From positions 544,001 through 608,000 of the forward strand of contig JBMNIW010000012.1 in assembly GCA_050951325.1 (NCBI GenBank): DNA of 64,000 bases, given 5' to 3'. Origin of the DNA: Clostridia bacterium. Its GTDB lineage: Bacteria; Bacillota; Clostridia; UBA1212; DUPL01. The notes under the pieces were generated by a model. It was not told the DNA's origin and ran no database searches. It was given only the letters and a program-made list of their open reading frames with translations. Positions within the stretch are counted from its first letter, which is position 1. The number at the start of each line of letters is the position of its first letter. This document shows, in pieces, positions 41,442 to 51,665 of the stretch. The translations under genes and the position numbers were made by a program.

Positions 41442-42176
41442 ATGATTGTAATGGGTGTTGTGGAGAGTATAAAAAAGTATTATGAAGGGGTTTGTGAAAA
41501 GTATGTAAGTTTATATGGGAAAAAAAGAGGCAGCCACGAGTTCAGGAAGGCTGTCAATAAAGCAGTTGTTGGTTATGTTGCTTCTTTTATACTTTTTCCA
41601 TTGACTTATGTTTATGGAAAATCTCTTTTTTTGAGCGTAGTTGTGTTTCTTGTTTTAATCATCTCTTTCATACTCTTGCCCAACTCGCTTATTGAAAGCA
41701 AAATGAAGGATTTGAGAAGATCTTTCAGTTTAAATATGCCGGATTTTCTTGAAAGGGTGGCCATTCTTCTCGACAGCGGCCAGAACCTTTGGGCATCCAT
41801 TGAGAAGGCGGCCATGGTTAATGACGATGAGTTTAGTCTGGAAGGTGAGATATCCAGGACAATGAAGGAGATAAATGAATGCAGAGGTTCTGAAAAGGAT
41901 CCTTGCGATGCGTTTTCTGACATGGCAAAACGCCTTGAATCATCGCATGTCAGCTCTTTTGTTTCATTAATTGTTCAGAATTCAAGAAAGGGGCAAGCAG
42001 AACTGGTTGAAATTATTCGAATGCAGGCTGCAATATACAGAAATGACAGAAAGAATGTTGCCAGGAAACTGGGAGAGGAGGCGACCACGCTGATGTTGAT
42101 ACCGACTACCATTGTTTTTATTGGCATTCTAATTATGCTTCTTTCACCTGCATTTTTAGTAATATATTCGATTTAG
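41442..42176 (+). CDS. tadC: TadC-like pilus assembly membrane protein
   Basis: MPDFLERVAILLDSG and ARKLGEEATTLMLIP motifs. Confidence 0.8.
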   Translation: MIVMGVVESIKKYYEGVCEKYVSLYGKKRGSHEFRKAVNKAVVGYVASFILFPLTYVYGKSLFLSVVVFLVLIISFILLPNSLIESKMKDLRRSFSLNMPDFLERVAILLDSGQNLWASIEKAAMVNDDEFSLEGEISRTMKEINECRGSEKDPCDAFSDMAKRLESSHVSSFVSLIVQNSRKGQAELVEIIRMQAAIYRNDRKNVARKLGEEATTLMLIPTTIVFIGILIMLLSPAFLVIYSI

Positions 42177-42189
42177 GGGGGATTCTGCA

Positions 42190-42381
42190 ATGTTTCTGAA
42201 AGCATACTTTGCCATCAGGAAGATTCTTGACAAAAGAGGTGTGGGCACTGTCGAGATATTGATTATACTTGCGGTACTTGTTGCCCTTGCGCTTATTTTT
42301 AGACAGTTTATTATTGAAGTTGCGGAAAGAATATTTGATAAAATTCGTGAAAATGCCGACAAGGCCATAGAAGGGCTGTGA
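42190..42381 (+). CDS. Flp1-type (type IVb/Tad) pilin
   Basis: Prepilin motif KRG|VGTVEILIILAVLV with E at +5; 63 aa. Confidence 0.85.
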   Translation: MFLKAYFAIRKILDKRGVGTVEILIILAVLVALALIFRQFIIEVAERIFDKIRENADKAIEGL

Positions 42382-43487
42382 GTATGGAAAGTGTAGTTCT
42401 GTATGAAGAAAGAAAGAAGATAAATATTAGTCATGACAGAGGTGGTGTGAGAATTACGGTAAGTACACCCGTGTCACCGTCTGAAATAAAGGAAAAGCAT
42501 GCAGTTGTGGCTGATGTGGCAGATAATGTATACATTCCATCCGAGATAACCCAGGAAGCCAAGGCTTATTCCTTTTACATAAGAAAGAGGCAGACGGTAA
42601 AGGATTTTCTTATTCAAAACGAATGCACAATTTCTGATCTTGTGAGTTTGATAAAGTCCGTCAATGAAATCCTTCAACTCGCAGACAGACTGCATTTAAA
42701 CCGATATGACTTTATTTTCGACTACTCTTGTATTTTTACTGGTCAGACCCTTGATACTGCGGAATTTGTTTACGCACCGGGTGCTGATTTGGATAGGGAG
42801 CAAAACAGCATTTCAAACATGCTGCTGATTGCCTCCTTGCATGTTGCTTGCGATGAAAACTCACAAGAGGCAGTGGCATTGAAAGAAGCAACAGGCATTA
42901 TTATTGAATGGGAAGCATCAGGCACTTCTCCTTTTCCATTTGAAGAGGTATTGGCGGTTCTTGATGTTGAAGAGAAAAACGAAGGAATCTTCTTTACTAC
43001 CTGGAAACCATTCTTATGCTTTCAATTCATAATGCTGCTTGTCTTTATTTTTATCGTATCCCTTGTTCCTTTCAGAGAGAACGGAGTTTTCATTTGGATT
43101 GCATTTGTTTTGTTGACAGTATGTGTTGATTATCTATTGATTCCAGGAAAAAAGAAAAACAAGCCTGAATTCAAGTTGTTAAGAAGAAAAGTTTTAAGAG
43201 GCATGGGGGGTTTAAAAGGAAAGATAATTTATGTGGACTGGGATACAATAAAGATTGGAAGGGATGCAGAGTGGGCGGATGTTGTTATTTCAAACATCTT
43301 TGTCAGTAGAAAGCATGCAATTCTTTATTTTAAAGACAATATTCTGTATGTGAAGGATCTGTCGTCAAGAAATGGCACTTTTCTTAATGGTGTGAGGCTT
43401 GAAGCAAATGTTGAGGTGGTAGTTGAAGCAGGAAGTACGGTTGTATTTGGTCATGATAGTGTTATAATAAAGTATTGTTATTTTTAA
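42378..43487 (+). CDS. FHA-domain membrane protein (Tad-locus associated)
   Basis: IGRD, VSRKHA, DLSSRNGTFLNG FHA motifs; two TM segments. Confidence 0.8.
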   Translation: MSMESVVLYEERKKINISHDRGGVRITVSTPVSPSEIKEKHAVVADVADNVYIPSEITQEAKAYSFYIRKRQTVKDFLIQNECTISDLVSLIKSVNEILQLADRLHLNRYDFIFDYSCIFTGQTLDTAEFVYAPGADLDREQNSISNMLLIASLHVACDENSQEAVALKEATGIIIEWEASGTSPFPFEEVLAVLDVEEKNEGIFFTTWKPFLCFQFIMLLVFIFIVSLVPFRENGVFIWIAFVLLTVCVDYLLIPGKKKNKPEFKLLRRKVLRGMGGLKGKIIYVDWDTIKIGRDAEWADVVISNIFVSRKHAILYFKDNILYVKDLSSRNGTFLNGVRLEANVEVVVEAGSTVVFGHDSVIIKYCYF

Positions 43488-43573
43488 GCTTTCTATTTTT
43501 TAGTACTTGAATAATTAAATTTTATATGTTATGATTTCAAAGGTTATTTAAATTTATTTCAGGGGGAAATTTA

Positions 43574-44596
43574 GTGGGTTTTTTTAGACAAAACATTGCT
43601 GTTGACCTGGGTACTGCTACTATTCTTGTAAGTGTCGAAAACAAGGGCGTAGTTATTAAAGAACCATCAATAGTGGCAATTAAAGATGCAAGCAACAAGA
43701 TTCTGGCAATAGGTGAAGAGGCAAGGAGCCTGATGGGTAGAACTCCTTTTGATATTTCGACTGTAAAGCCGATTCAAAATGGTGTTATATCCAGCTATTA
43801 TACCACTATGCGCATGCTTAAATATTACTACAAAAAAGCTCTCAGAAACCCGCTTAAGAAAATCCTTAAACCCGATGTGATTATATGTGTTCCAAGTCAA
43901 ACTACTGACGTTGAAAAGAGAGCGGTCAAGAAGGCGTCCCAAGATGCTGGTGCTGCAAGAACCTTTATTATTAGCGAGCCATTGGCTGCTGCAATAGGTG
44001 CCGGAATAGATATTTCAAAGCCTACAGGAAACATGATTGTAGACGTTGGGGGAGGAACCACGGATATTGCAGTAATCTCTTACGGTGGCATTGTAGTAAA
44101 CAAAAGTGTAAAAGTTGCTGGAGATGCCCTGGATGAAACCATAAAGAACTATTTGAAGAAAACTCACAATCTGCTTATAGGTGACAGGACTGCAGAACAA
44201 ATAAAGGTGGAGATAGGATGCGTTTACCATGGAATACGCAATGAATCCTTGGAGATTAGAGGCAGTGACCTTATAACAGGTCTTCCAAACGAAAGAATAA
44301 TTACTTCCGAAGAAATCCTTGAGCCTTTGATGGAGGCGGTAATTCCAATTCTTGATGGAATTCACGCAGTGCTTGAAGAGACACCTCCTGAGCTTGCTGC
44401 TGACATATACAGTAGAGGCATAATCCTTACAGGAGGGGGCGCAATGATAGCAGGTCTTGATGAGTTAATCAGAAAGAGTACCGGTATAGATGCGATAATT
44501 GCGGACGAGCCTCAGTACTGTGTGGCAAAAGGATGCAACATGTTTATTATGTCCATGTCATCTAAAGAGAAAATTGAAGCGGGTAAGATTAGCTAA
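43574..44596 (+). CDS. Rod shape-determining actin-like protein (MreB/Mbl family)
   Basis: AVDLGTA, EPLAAAIGAG, DVGGGTTD, LTGGGA motifs; no mreC/mreD follow. Confidence 0.9.
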   Translation: MGFFRQNIAVDLGTATILVSVENKGVVIKEPSIVAIKDASNKILAIGEEARSLMGRTPFDISTVKPIQNGVISSYYTTMRMLKYYYKKALRNPLKKILKPDVIICVPSQTTDVEKRAVKKASQDAGAARTFIISEPLAAAIGAGIDISKPTGNMIVDVGGGTTDIAVISYGGIVVNKSVKVAGDALDETIKNYLKKTHNLLIGDRTAEQIKVEIGCVYHGIRNESLEIRGSDLITGLPNERIITSEEILEPLMEAVIPILDGIHAVLEETPPELAADIYSRGIILTGGGAMIAGLDELIRKSTGIDAIIADEPQYCVAKGCNMFIMSMSSKEKIEAGKIS

Positions 44597-44611
44597 AAAG
44601 ATAGCAATTAC

Positions 44612-44640
44612 GGCAGGTATTATTACCTGCCTCTTTTTTT
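44612..44640 (+). terminator. Intrinsic terminator
   Basis: GGCAGGTA-TTAT-TACCTGCC followed by a T-run. Confidence 0.85.
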
Positions 44641-44692
44641 GTCTTTTAGGTAAATAATTGGTCTGATTGAAGTCTTTAACCGGGTGCTTCAA

Positions 44693-45748
44693 TTATATGT
44701 TTAAGCTCATAGGGTCAAATATCGTCGCCTCAATATGTTGCACGGGTCTTTCTTTTGTAGCTATGTAATATACCACTACACATTTGTCATCCGGTCTTGC
44801 AACAATTCTTGGATATCCCATATCCATGTCTATGGCATCTTGCCTGATGGCCCTGTCACTGTGAAAAGTTAAACCTCCGTCTGTTGATATGCAAACTCTT
44901 AAAGAAGAGTTACCAGGCTCCCGCCTTCCGTATGCAAGAACCAGGGTGCCGTCCGAAAGTTTGCACATTGCAGGCGGATTGCCATTTGTGTTGGCTGCAT
45001 TGTTTATGTTATACGTATCCGCTGCGCGAACCGGAGTGTGCCATGTCCTGCCATTGTCGTTCGATCTTTTAACCTCAATCCAAACATCATCCATGGGCGG
45101 TCTTTTCATTCTTCTTCTTAGTGCGGCGACCAATGTGTTGTCGTCAAGACGGACCACACTTGGCATAACCGATCTTGGCGCATCATCTGTAATATCCCCT
45201 ACAAAACTCCAGCTTTTACAGCCATCTTCTGTTATGGCAACAAAAGCACGGTCGTAAAAGGGTTTGTTTATTGGGTTTTCCAATACATTGTGTGACATAA
45301 AGACCCGCATCTTTTTGTTTCTTTCTATCAGATAGCTGGTTCTTGAGGTGTTTTCTCTGCCAAACGAAGGAAATTCAAAAGGACCATCCCAGGTTTTGCC
45401 TTTGTCGCATGAAACTATGTACACATCTCCCTTGATTGTTATGGCTGGTCGGCCTACTCTCATTACAAAGTTTTCATCAAACTCAAAACCTTCTTCGGGC
45501 ACCTGTTTTAATTCTTTTTCATAAATTGAGTTGTCAAAATCAACTTCTGCCCATGTCAGTCCGCCATCTACACTGCGAGAAAACACGCACTGCATATCTG
45601 ACTCTATAACCCGATGAAATAGATTGTTTTCTTGAAATCTTCCTCTATTGAAGGAAACAAGTATCTCGCTTCCCCAACTCCAGATACCTCCGTTTGCCGG
45701 CCAACCTGAATACTCGTTATCGTTGTAGCAAACCACACTGTGTGTCAT
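44693..45748 (-). CDS. BNR/Asp-box repeat (sialidase-like) protein, no signal peptide
   Basis: Asp boxes SVDGGLTW, SCDKGKTW, TEDGCKSW, SNDNGRTW, STDGGLTF; DMGYP. Confidence 0.8.
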   Translation of the reverse strand: MTHSVVCYNDNEYSGWPANGGIWSWGSEILVSFNRGRFQENNLFHRVIESDMQCVFSRSVDGGLTWAEVDFDNSIYEKELKQVPEEGFEFDENFVMRVGRPAITIKGDVYIVSCDKGKTWDGPFEFPSFGRENTSRTSYLIERNKKMRVFMSHNVLENPINKPFYDRAFVAITEDGCKSWSFVGDITDDAPRSVMPSVVRLDDNTLVAALRRRMKRPPMDDVWIEVKRSNDNGRTWHTPVRAADTYNINNAANTNGNPPAMCKLSDGTLVLAYGRREPGNSSLRVCISTDGGLTFHSDRAIRQDAIDMDMGYPRIVARPDDKCVVVYYIATKERPVQHIEATIFDPMSLNI

Positions 45749-45834
45749 GAAACAACCCCTCCAATTCTACATTGAGTTATAAAATTACTAAATTTAATGG
45801 CAGGGACAAATACCCTGCCATACCAAGTAGGTGT

Positions 45835-47253
45835 TTATTCATTTAAAAACGATACTATATCATTCACATTACCAGCGCCTAGAAGCAGGATAGTGTCGTT
45901 TTCTCTTACTTCTTTCTTTAAATACTCAGCTATTTCCTTAAAATCGCTGATGTATTTTGTATTAATACCTTTTGAGAGAAATTTCTCTGCAAGCATTTGC
46001 GAGTTTATGTCTCCCGGGTTTTTCTCCCTTGCAGCATAAATATCTGTTACAACCAGGTTATCTGCATCTAGTAAAGCCTCTGCAAAGTCGTCCCCGAAAG
46101 CTTTTGCTCTGGAATATGTATGGGGCTGGAATACGCAAAGGACTCTTCCTTTGGTAATTTGTTTTGCGGAATCAAGAGTCGCCTTAATCTCAGTAGGATG
46201 ATGGGCGTAGTCGTCAATAATTGGCGCACCGTTTATAAATCCGCGATTTTGAAAACGTCTGTCGGGTGAAACGAAATTCAGAAGCCCTTCTTTTACTGCT
46301 TCTTTTTCGCAGCCTAGGTTTATGCAAACTGCGCAGGTTGCCAGAGCATTCAGAACATTATGTTTGCCAGGTACTTTCAATACCAGGTCAGTAAGAATTC
46401 CGTCATTGTTATACACCTTGAAACGAGTTTCGTTTTCCTTGTACTGTATGTCTTTTGCTATGAAGTCGCAATCGTCGGAAAATCCATATGTATAGACCTT
46501 GCAGTCTGCTGCTTCTGCTGCAAACAACGCAGGTTTGCTTTCCGCACAAACAACCGCAAAGCCTTCTTTGGGAATAAGTTTAATAAATTTTTTAAACGCA
46601 TATATTATATCATCTATATCCTTGAAATAGTCTAGATGTTCTGCTTCAATGTTTAGAATAACGCCTGCATAAGGAGAAAGGTTTAAAAAATTCTCATGAT
46701 ATTCACAGGCTTCCGTAACAAAGTACGGGCTTTTTGATGATCTGACATTTCCTCCAAGAACAGGTAAGTTCCCGCCAATATGTACGCTGGGATCAAGATT
46801 TGCGTGGAGCATGACATGAGCCAGCATTGAAGTAGTAGTTGTTTTTCCATGAGTTCCTGCAATGCAAATGGAGTAATCGTGTTCCCTTGTTAAAAGGCCG
46901 AGAAAATGGCCTCTTTCCATAACCGGGATGCCCTTTTCAATGGCTTTCAAATATTCGGGATTGTCTTTCGAAATTGCAAGAGTATAAACAACCAGATAGG
47001 TGTCGTCGGGGACATTGAGCGCATCGTGCCCTATATATAATTTGGCACCTTTTTGTCTCAGTTTTTGTGTATTGCAGGATTCGACTCTATCGGAACCGCT
47101 TACACGAAAGCCTCGTTCAAGTACGATCTCAGCCAGACCGCTCATGCTGGAGCCGCCTATCCCTATGAAATGTATTCTACATCCTGCTGGCAGGTTGAGA
47201 TCAGATTCCCTGGAAGGGTTCTCGCGCTCTATATGATTGCCTGTCAAGTTCAT
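45835..47253 (-). CDS. murC: UDP-N-acetylmuramate-L-alanine ligase
   Basis: HFIGIGGSSMSGLA, GTHGKTTTT, EACEY, DDYAHHPTEI, FQPHTYSR motifs. Confidence 0.96.
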   Translation of the reverse strand: MNLTGNHIERENPSRESDLNLPAGCRIHFIGIGGSSMSGLAEIVLERGFRVSGSDRVESCNTQKLRQKGAKLYIGHDALNVPDDTYLVVYTLAISKDNPEYLKAIEKGIPVMERGHFLGLLTREHDYSICIAGTHGKTTTTSMLAHVMLHANLDPSVHIGGNLPVLGGNVRSSKSPYFVTEACEYHENFLNLSPYAGVILNIEAEHLDYFKDIDDIIYAFKKFIKLIPKEGFAVVCAESKPALFAAEAADCKVYTYGFSDDCDFIAKDIQYKENETRFKVYNNDGILTDLVLKVPGKHNVLNALATCAVCINLGCEKEAVKEGLLNFVSPDRRFQNRGFINGAPIIDDYAHHPTEIKATLDSAKQITKGRVLCVFQPHTYSRAKAFGDDFAEALLDADNLVVTDIYAAREKNPGDINSQMLAEKFLSKGINTKYISDFKEIAEYLKKEVRENDTILLLGAGNVNDIVSFLNE

Positions 47254-47465
47254 TTATCAGATCACCGCATCCTTTATCACACTAAATTGATACATAAATA
47301 TATTATTCCTTGAATTATCAAATTGTCCGGAATCAGAACAATTATATCACATATGTTCGTTTATTGCTGAATATTTTTTGACCATGGTATAAAAAAACAG
47401 TATAATTCGAAATATGTATTTTAAAATGCTGTATTAGTAAAATATATTGAGAAGGTAGAGGGTTT

Positions 47466-49781
47466 ATGTTAAAACTTGTAAATGTTACAAAAAGTTATGT
47501 TACCGGCGATTTCAAGCAGGTTGCTTTAAATAATGTGAGTCTTGCATTCAGGGAAAATGAGTTTGTTGCAATTCTGGGTCCTTCAGGAGGCGGAAAGACG
47601 ACGCTATTAAACATCATAGGCGGCCTGGACAGATATGACAGTGGCGAGATGTATATAAACGGCAGACCCACATCCGACTTCAAGGGTGTGGAGTGGGACG
47701 CTTATAGGAACAACAGCATCGGCTTTGTTTTCCAGAATTACAACCTTATTTCCCATATATCTATCCTTGAAAATGTAGAGATGGGAATGACTCTTTCTGG
47801 AATGTCTGCCAGCGAACGAAGGGAAAGGGCCCTTCGATTGCTTGACAGGGTAGGTCTTAAAGACCATGTCAAAAAGAAACCCAACCAGCTGTCAGGCGGA
47901 CAGATGCAGAGAGTTGCGATAGCAAGAGCGCTCGCAAATGATCCTGATATTATTCTGGCGGATGAGCCAACTGGAGCTTTGGATAGCGAAACAGGAGTAC
48001 AAATACTTGACCTTATAAAAGAGATTGCGAAAAACAAACTTGTTATAATGGTTACACACAATCCCGAACTGGCAAACAAGTATGCCACCAGAATTGTCAA
48101 TTTGGTGGACGGACGGATTGTAAGCGACTCCAACCCGTATGAGGAGGAAGAACACAAGCAGTCAGGATACAAACTCAAAATGACTGCCATGAACTTTTTT
48201 ACTGCTTTGAAACTATCCTTTAACAACATAAAGACAAAGAAATTTAGAACAATACTTACCTCTTTCGCAGCAAGCATTGGAATCATAGGGATTGCACTCA
48301 TTCTCGCTCTTTCGAACGGGTTTCAGATAGAAATAGACAAGTTTGAGGAAAACACCATGTCTGGATTCCCCATAATCATAGGACAGCAGGCGACAACTGT
48401 TGATATTGCCGATATGGGTAAAAAGTTTGGAGAGGAGAACAGGAAGTACAAGGAGTTTACAGACAAAAAGGAAGTAATTCCTTTTGACAGGAGCGAAAGT
48501 GAATTAATTCATATGAACAATATTACAGAGGAATATATAGAGTATTTAAAGAGCATTGATCCGAATCTGCTTTTGGGAACCACATATACACGCATGACAT
48601 CTTTGAACTTATTGAAACTTGACAGAGACAATGTGGCAAAGATTGTATCGATGCAAGACCTGGATATGAGTGTGCTTCCAAAAAAGTTTGGTGAAGAAGG
48701 TTTTGTTGAAAAGAACTATGACATACTTTATGGAAAAATGCCAGAGAACAAAAACGAGTTATTGCTGGTTGTGGACAAATTCAATAGACTGGACAAAAGA
48801 GTGCTGGAAACGCTAGGTTTTTCAACTTATGAAAGTATAGCTTTTGAGGACATAATCGGTACCGAGTTAAGAGCCATTCCTAATAATGACTATTACGTGG
48901 AACGGGATGGATTCTTTACACTGGTTGGCAACCCTGCGGACATGACTGAAATATATAATAGGGAAACGGCAATACCTTTAAAAATTGTAGGAATCCTAAG
49001 GATAAAGAAAGACAAGATGCTGGATGTAATCCGTACAGGCGTGGCATATTCTGAAGAACTGATGGAATATATTCTGGAGGATTCGGAAAACAGCGACATT
49101 GCAAAAGCCCAAAGGGAGGCTGATTACAATGTGCTTACAGGCCAACCTTTTGATTTGACAACGGAAAAGGGAAAGGAAGACAAGGAAAATGTTCTCCGGG
49201 TAATTGGAGCAAACTCTGTTCCTTTAATGATAACAATCTTTCCTAGAGATTTTGATTCAAAGGATGACGTATTGGCGTTTTTGGATGCGTACAATGAAGG
49301 CAAAGACAGCAAGGACAGGATAATATATACAGACATGGCCGAGCAGATAACAAAGCTTACGAAAAAGATAATAGATTCAATATCCATTGTCCTTATAGCT
49401 TTTGCTTCAATTTCTTTGTTTGTTTCGTCTATAATGATTGGAATAATTACGTACATTTCCGTACTGGAAAGAACAAAAGAGATTGGAATTCTGAGGTCAT
49501 TAGGAGCAAGAAAATCGGATATTACCTTGGTATTTAATGCAGAAACCTTTATTATAGGGGTGTTTTCAGGATTAATTGGAATAGCCATAGCGTCTTTGCT
49601 GGTCATACCTACAAACATGATAATTGCAAATTATTCAAATCTTGAAAACGTAGCAAAGCTTTCGCCTTTGCATGCAATTATTCTGATTCTTGTAAGCTTG
49701 TTCTTTACAATTGTTGGAGGATTCATACCAAGCCTGATAGCTGCGAATAAGGACCCTGTGGAAGCACTGAGAACCGAATAA
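47466..49781 (+). CDS. MacB-like fused ABC ATPase/permease
   Basis: GPSGGGKTT, LSGGQMQR, ADEPTGALD; FtsX-type SVLERTKEIGILRSLGA. Confidence 0.92.
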   Translation: MLKLVNVTKSYVTGDFKQVALNNVSLAFRENEFVAILGPSGGGKTTLLNIIGGLDRYDSGEMYINGRPTSDFKGVEWDAYRNNSIGFVFQNYNLISHISILENVEMGMTLSGMSASERRERALRLLDRVGLKDHVKKKPNQLSGGQMQRVAIARALANDPDIILADEPTGALDSETGVQILDLIKEIAKNKLVIMVTHNPELANKYATRIVNLVDGRIVSDSNPYEEEEHKQSGYKLKMTAMNFFTALKLSFNNIKTKKFRTILTSFAASIGIIGIALILALSNGFQIEIDKFEENTMSGFPIIIGQQATTVDIADMGKKFGEENRKYKEFTDKKEVIPFDRSESELIHMNNITEEYIEYLKSIDPNLLLGTTYTRMTSLNLLKLDRDNVAKIVSMQDLDMSVLPKKFGEEGFVEKNYDILYGKMPENKNELLLVVDKFNRLDKRVLETLGFSTYESIAFEDIIGTELRAIPNNDYYVERDGFFTLVGNPADMTEIYNRETAIPLKIVGILRIKKDKMLDVIRTGVAYSEELMEYILEDSENSDIAKAQREADYNVLTGQPFDLTTEKGKEDKENVLRVIGANSVPLMITIFPRDFDSKDDVLAFLDAYNEGKDSKDRIIYTDMAEQITKLTKKIIDSISIVLIAFASISLFVSSIMIGIITYISVLERTKEIGILRSLGARKSDITLVFNAETFIIGVFSGLIGIAIASLLVIPTNMIIANYSNLENVAKLSPLHAIILILVSLFFTIVGGFIPSLIAANKDPVEALRTE

Positions 49782-49786
49782 ATAAT

Positions 49787-49822
49787 AAAAGAATCGGCAC
49801 AAACTCTAATGCCGATTCTTTT
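49787..49822. terminator. Bidirectional terminator
   Basis: AAAAGAATCGGCA...TGCCGATTCTTTT inverted repeat. Confidence 0.75.
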
Positions 49823-49905
49823 CTCCATATTCAATTTTTTGTTGCGTCCTTGGCAACACTAGTATTATACTCAAAAAAAGACAAATTATTCATTAATTGA
49901 GAAAT

Positions 49906-50088
49906 TTATCTGTCTACCAGTGCCCTGCTCTTATAGCTTGCACACATGCTTTCATCAATATCTTCAGTTGCGCAGTTCATTTTAGGCGTAACCTTTATAG
50001 CTGACAAAGTACAGCTGTTTTCAAGCGTATCGTTAAAAGAGCAGCTTGCCACATCACAAGAAATAGACTGACATTTTTTATGGCTCAT
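49906..50088 (-). CDS. DUF1540-type small Cys protein
   Basis: ISCDVASCSFN..CTLSAIKV...MCASY; AGGTGG RBS. Confidence 0.75.
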   Translation of the reverse strand: MSHKKCQSISCDVASCSFNDTLENSCTLSAIKVTPKMNCATEDIDESMCASYKSRALVDR

Positions 50089-50188
50089 TTTAGTTCCACC
50101 TTTCAAGTCAACCTTTGTACGGAATTACCGTACAGTTGTATTTTGTCCTGAAAAACGTTATTCTTTCATGTAATTTTAGCCTGATATA

Positions 50189-50217
50189 TTGACAATGGTA
50201 ATCGGTTAGTATAAAAT
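50189..50217 (+). promoter_or_regulatory. Sigma-A promoter of the riboswitch-led operon
   Basis: TTGACA-17 nt-TAAAAT. Confidence 0.7.
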
Positions 50218-50263
50218 CTAAATGCTTTGATATTTTTTTAACAATATTAAAGTGAAAAAAATA

Positions 50264-50365
50264 CTGGTTCCGAGTGTTTTCTACCTAAAGCCAAAATGGC
50301 CATGGGGAAACACCGATAGGGTTGAAAGAGAAATTTTTCAGCCTTCCGGAGTTGAAAAGGAACAG
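50264..50365 (+). ncRNA. Molybdenum/tungsten cofactor (Moco RNA motif) riboswitch aptamer
   Basis: P1 GTTCC/GGAAC; conserved TCCGAG, ACCTAA and ATGG; GAAA-tetraloop stem GGGTTGAAAGA/TTTTTCAGCCT; TTGAAAAGG 3' end; Moco-related genes downstream. Confidence 0.8.
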
Positions 50366-50402
50366 GAAAGAAATCACCCTTATGGGTGGTAATTTCTTTA
50401 TG

Positions 50403-50439
50403 TTCTCTTGTTCCGGACGGAATCAAGAGAATTTTTTTT
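50403..50439 (+). terminator. Riboswitch expression-platform terminator
   Basis: TTCTCTTGTTCC-GGAC-GGAATCAAGAGAA followed by a T-run, ~30 nt upstream of the first ATG. Confidence 0.8.
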
Positions 50440-50468
50440 GATAAAGAAATTAAAAGGAGAAGAATAAA

Positions 50469-51665
50469 ATGAAAAAGCATCTATTAATCTTGGCGATATT
50501 TGTATTAGTTTTAGCACTGGCTGCTGGGTGTGCAAATAATAACGGTCAGAACACCACACCAACACCTACTGATGCACCCCAGTCCTATGAGGATGACGAC
50601 TATATTCTTGAAATTGTAGGAATCGGGGATGAAACCATCAAAGTGACAAAAGGGCAAATCAGGGAACTTGCCGCAGGTGGCAAACTTGTTGAGTACGGCG
50701 AAGACCAGCCTGCATACGCATCCGACAAGACTGACGATGATGGCAACAAAATTCCACACACATTGAAAGGAGTATATTTCGACGATATACTTGAAGTTTA
50801 TGCAGATGACGCAAAAACTTCCGATTTTACAAGCATGTCTATTTATGCCGAAGACGGTTACGAGACAATTCTTTCAGCTGATGTCTTCAACGTAGAACAA
50901 GGCGGAGTTAAAATGATTGTTGCCTTTGAGTATGACGGCATTGAGCTTAATCCAAATGAGAAGAGCGGAGCTTTGAGAGTTGTTTTTCCTGACAAGCCGG
51001 CAAATACCTGGGCAAAACAGGTTTCCAAGATAGTTTTGGCAAGTGAGGAAGATGAGGAAACAGTTCCGGAAACTGAAAGCGTATACTTCTCAGAATCAAC
51101 CGGAGACAAATATGACGGTAGTTATGAGGTAGACGGCACTACATATTATGGAACAAGCTTCAAAAAAATATTTGACGACGGAATATTGAAGAGCGGTGAT
51201 AAGGCCCAGATGTTCGTATATTCGTGGGATGGAACCGAGTATACAAGCTTGAAGACAAAAGAGTATTACGAGGATGCGTTCTTGGTTTATGCATCAAAGG
51301 ATGCTGACAGTGACGAGTTTGCTCAAGAGAAGGACGCACCGGTATTCAATGGGGCAAACATTTTAAAAGGCATGAAGGTAAAACACACCATGTATGTGAC
51401 TGTTGAAAACACTTCTTTTGCAGTACTTGACAAAGTTTTTGAAAAGCTTGATTCCAAAGGCAAAGGCAGTATTCTTGTTAGTGAGCTGCTTGATGAAATA
51501 AATATGAAAGAAGCGTCAATCTATACCATAACCGGGGTTGACGGCACTGAAAAACAGGCAAAGAAAGAAGATTTAAAGGATATAAGGATTGAGTCAACAG
51601 ATGAAGGATACGTTGTTTCAGTTGATGGCAGTGAGTTTGTAATATTGAGCATACAGGCGAAATGA
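50469..51665 (+). CDS. Lipoprotein with repeated molybdopterin-binding (Oxidored_molyb/sulfite-oxidase-like) domains, no catalytic Cys
   Basis: Lipobox LAAGC; KGVYFDDIL..AEDGY..VAFEYDG..GALRVVFP..WAKQVSKI pattern, plus degenerate repeats. Confidence 0.7.
   Translation: MKKHLLILAIFVLVLALAAGCANNNGQNTTPTPTDAPQSYEDDDYILEIVGIGDETIKVTKGQIRELAAGGKLVEYGEDQPAYASDKTDDDGNKIPHTLKGVYFDDILEVYADDAKTSDFTSMSIYAEDGYETILSADVFNVEQGGVKMIVAFEYDGIELNPNEKSGALRVVFPDKPANTWAKQVSKIVLASEEDEETVPETESVYFSESTGDKYDGSYEVDGTTYYGTSFKKIFDDGILKSGDKAQMFVYSWDGTEYTSLKTKEYYEDAFLVYASKDADSDEFAQEKDAPVFNGANILKGMKVKHTMYVTVENTSFAVLDKVFEKLDSKGKGSILVSELLDEINMKEASIYTITGVDGTEKQAKKEDLKDIRIESTDEGYVVSVDGSEFVILSIQAK

Noticed and set aside
50247-50480. 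77-aa minus-strand ORF
   Set aside because: It overlaps the riboswitch; the structured RNA explains the region.
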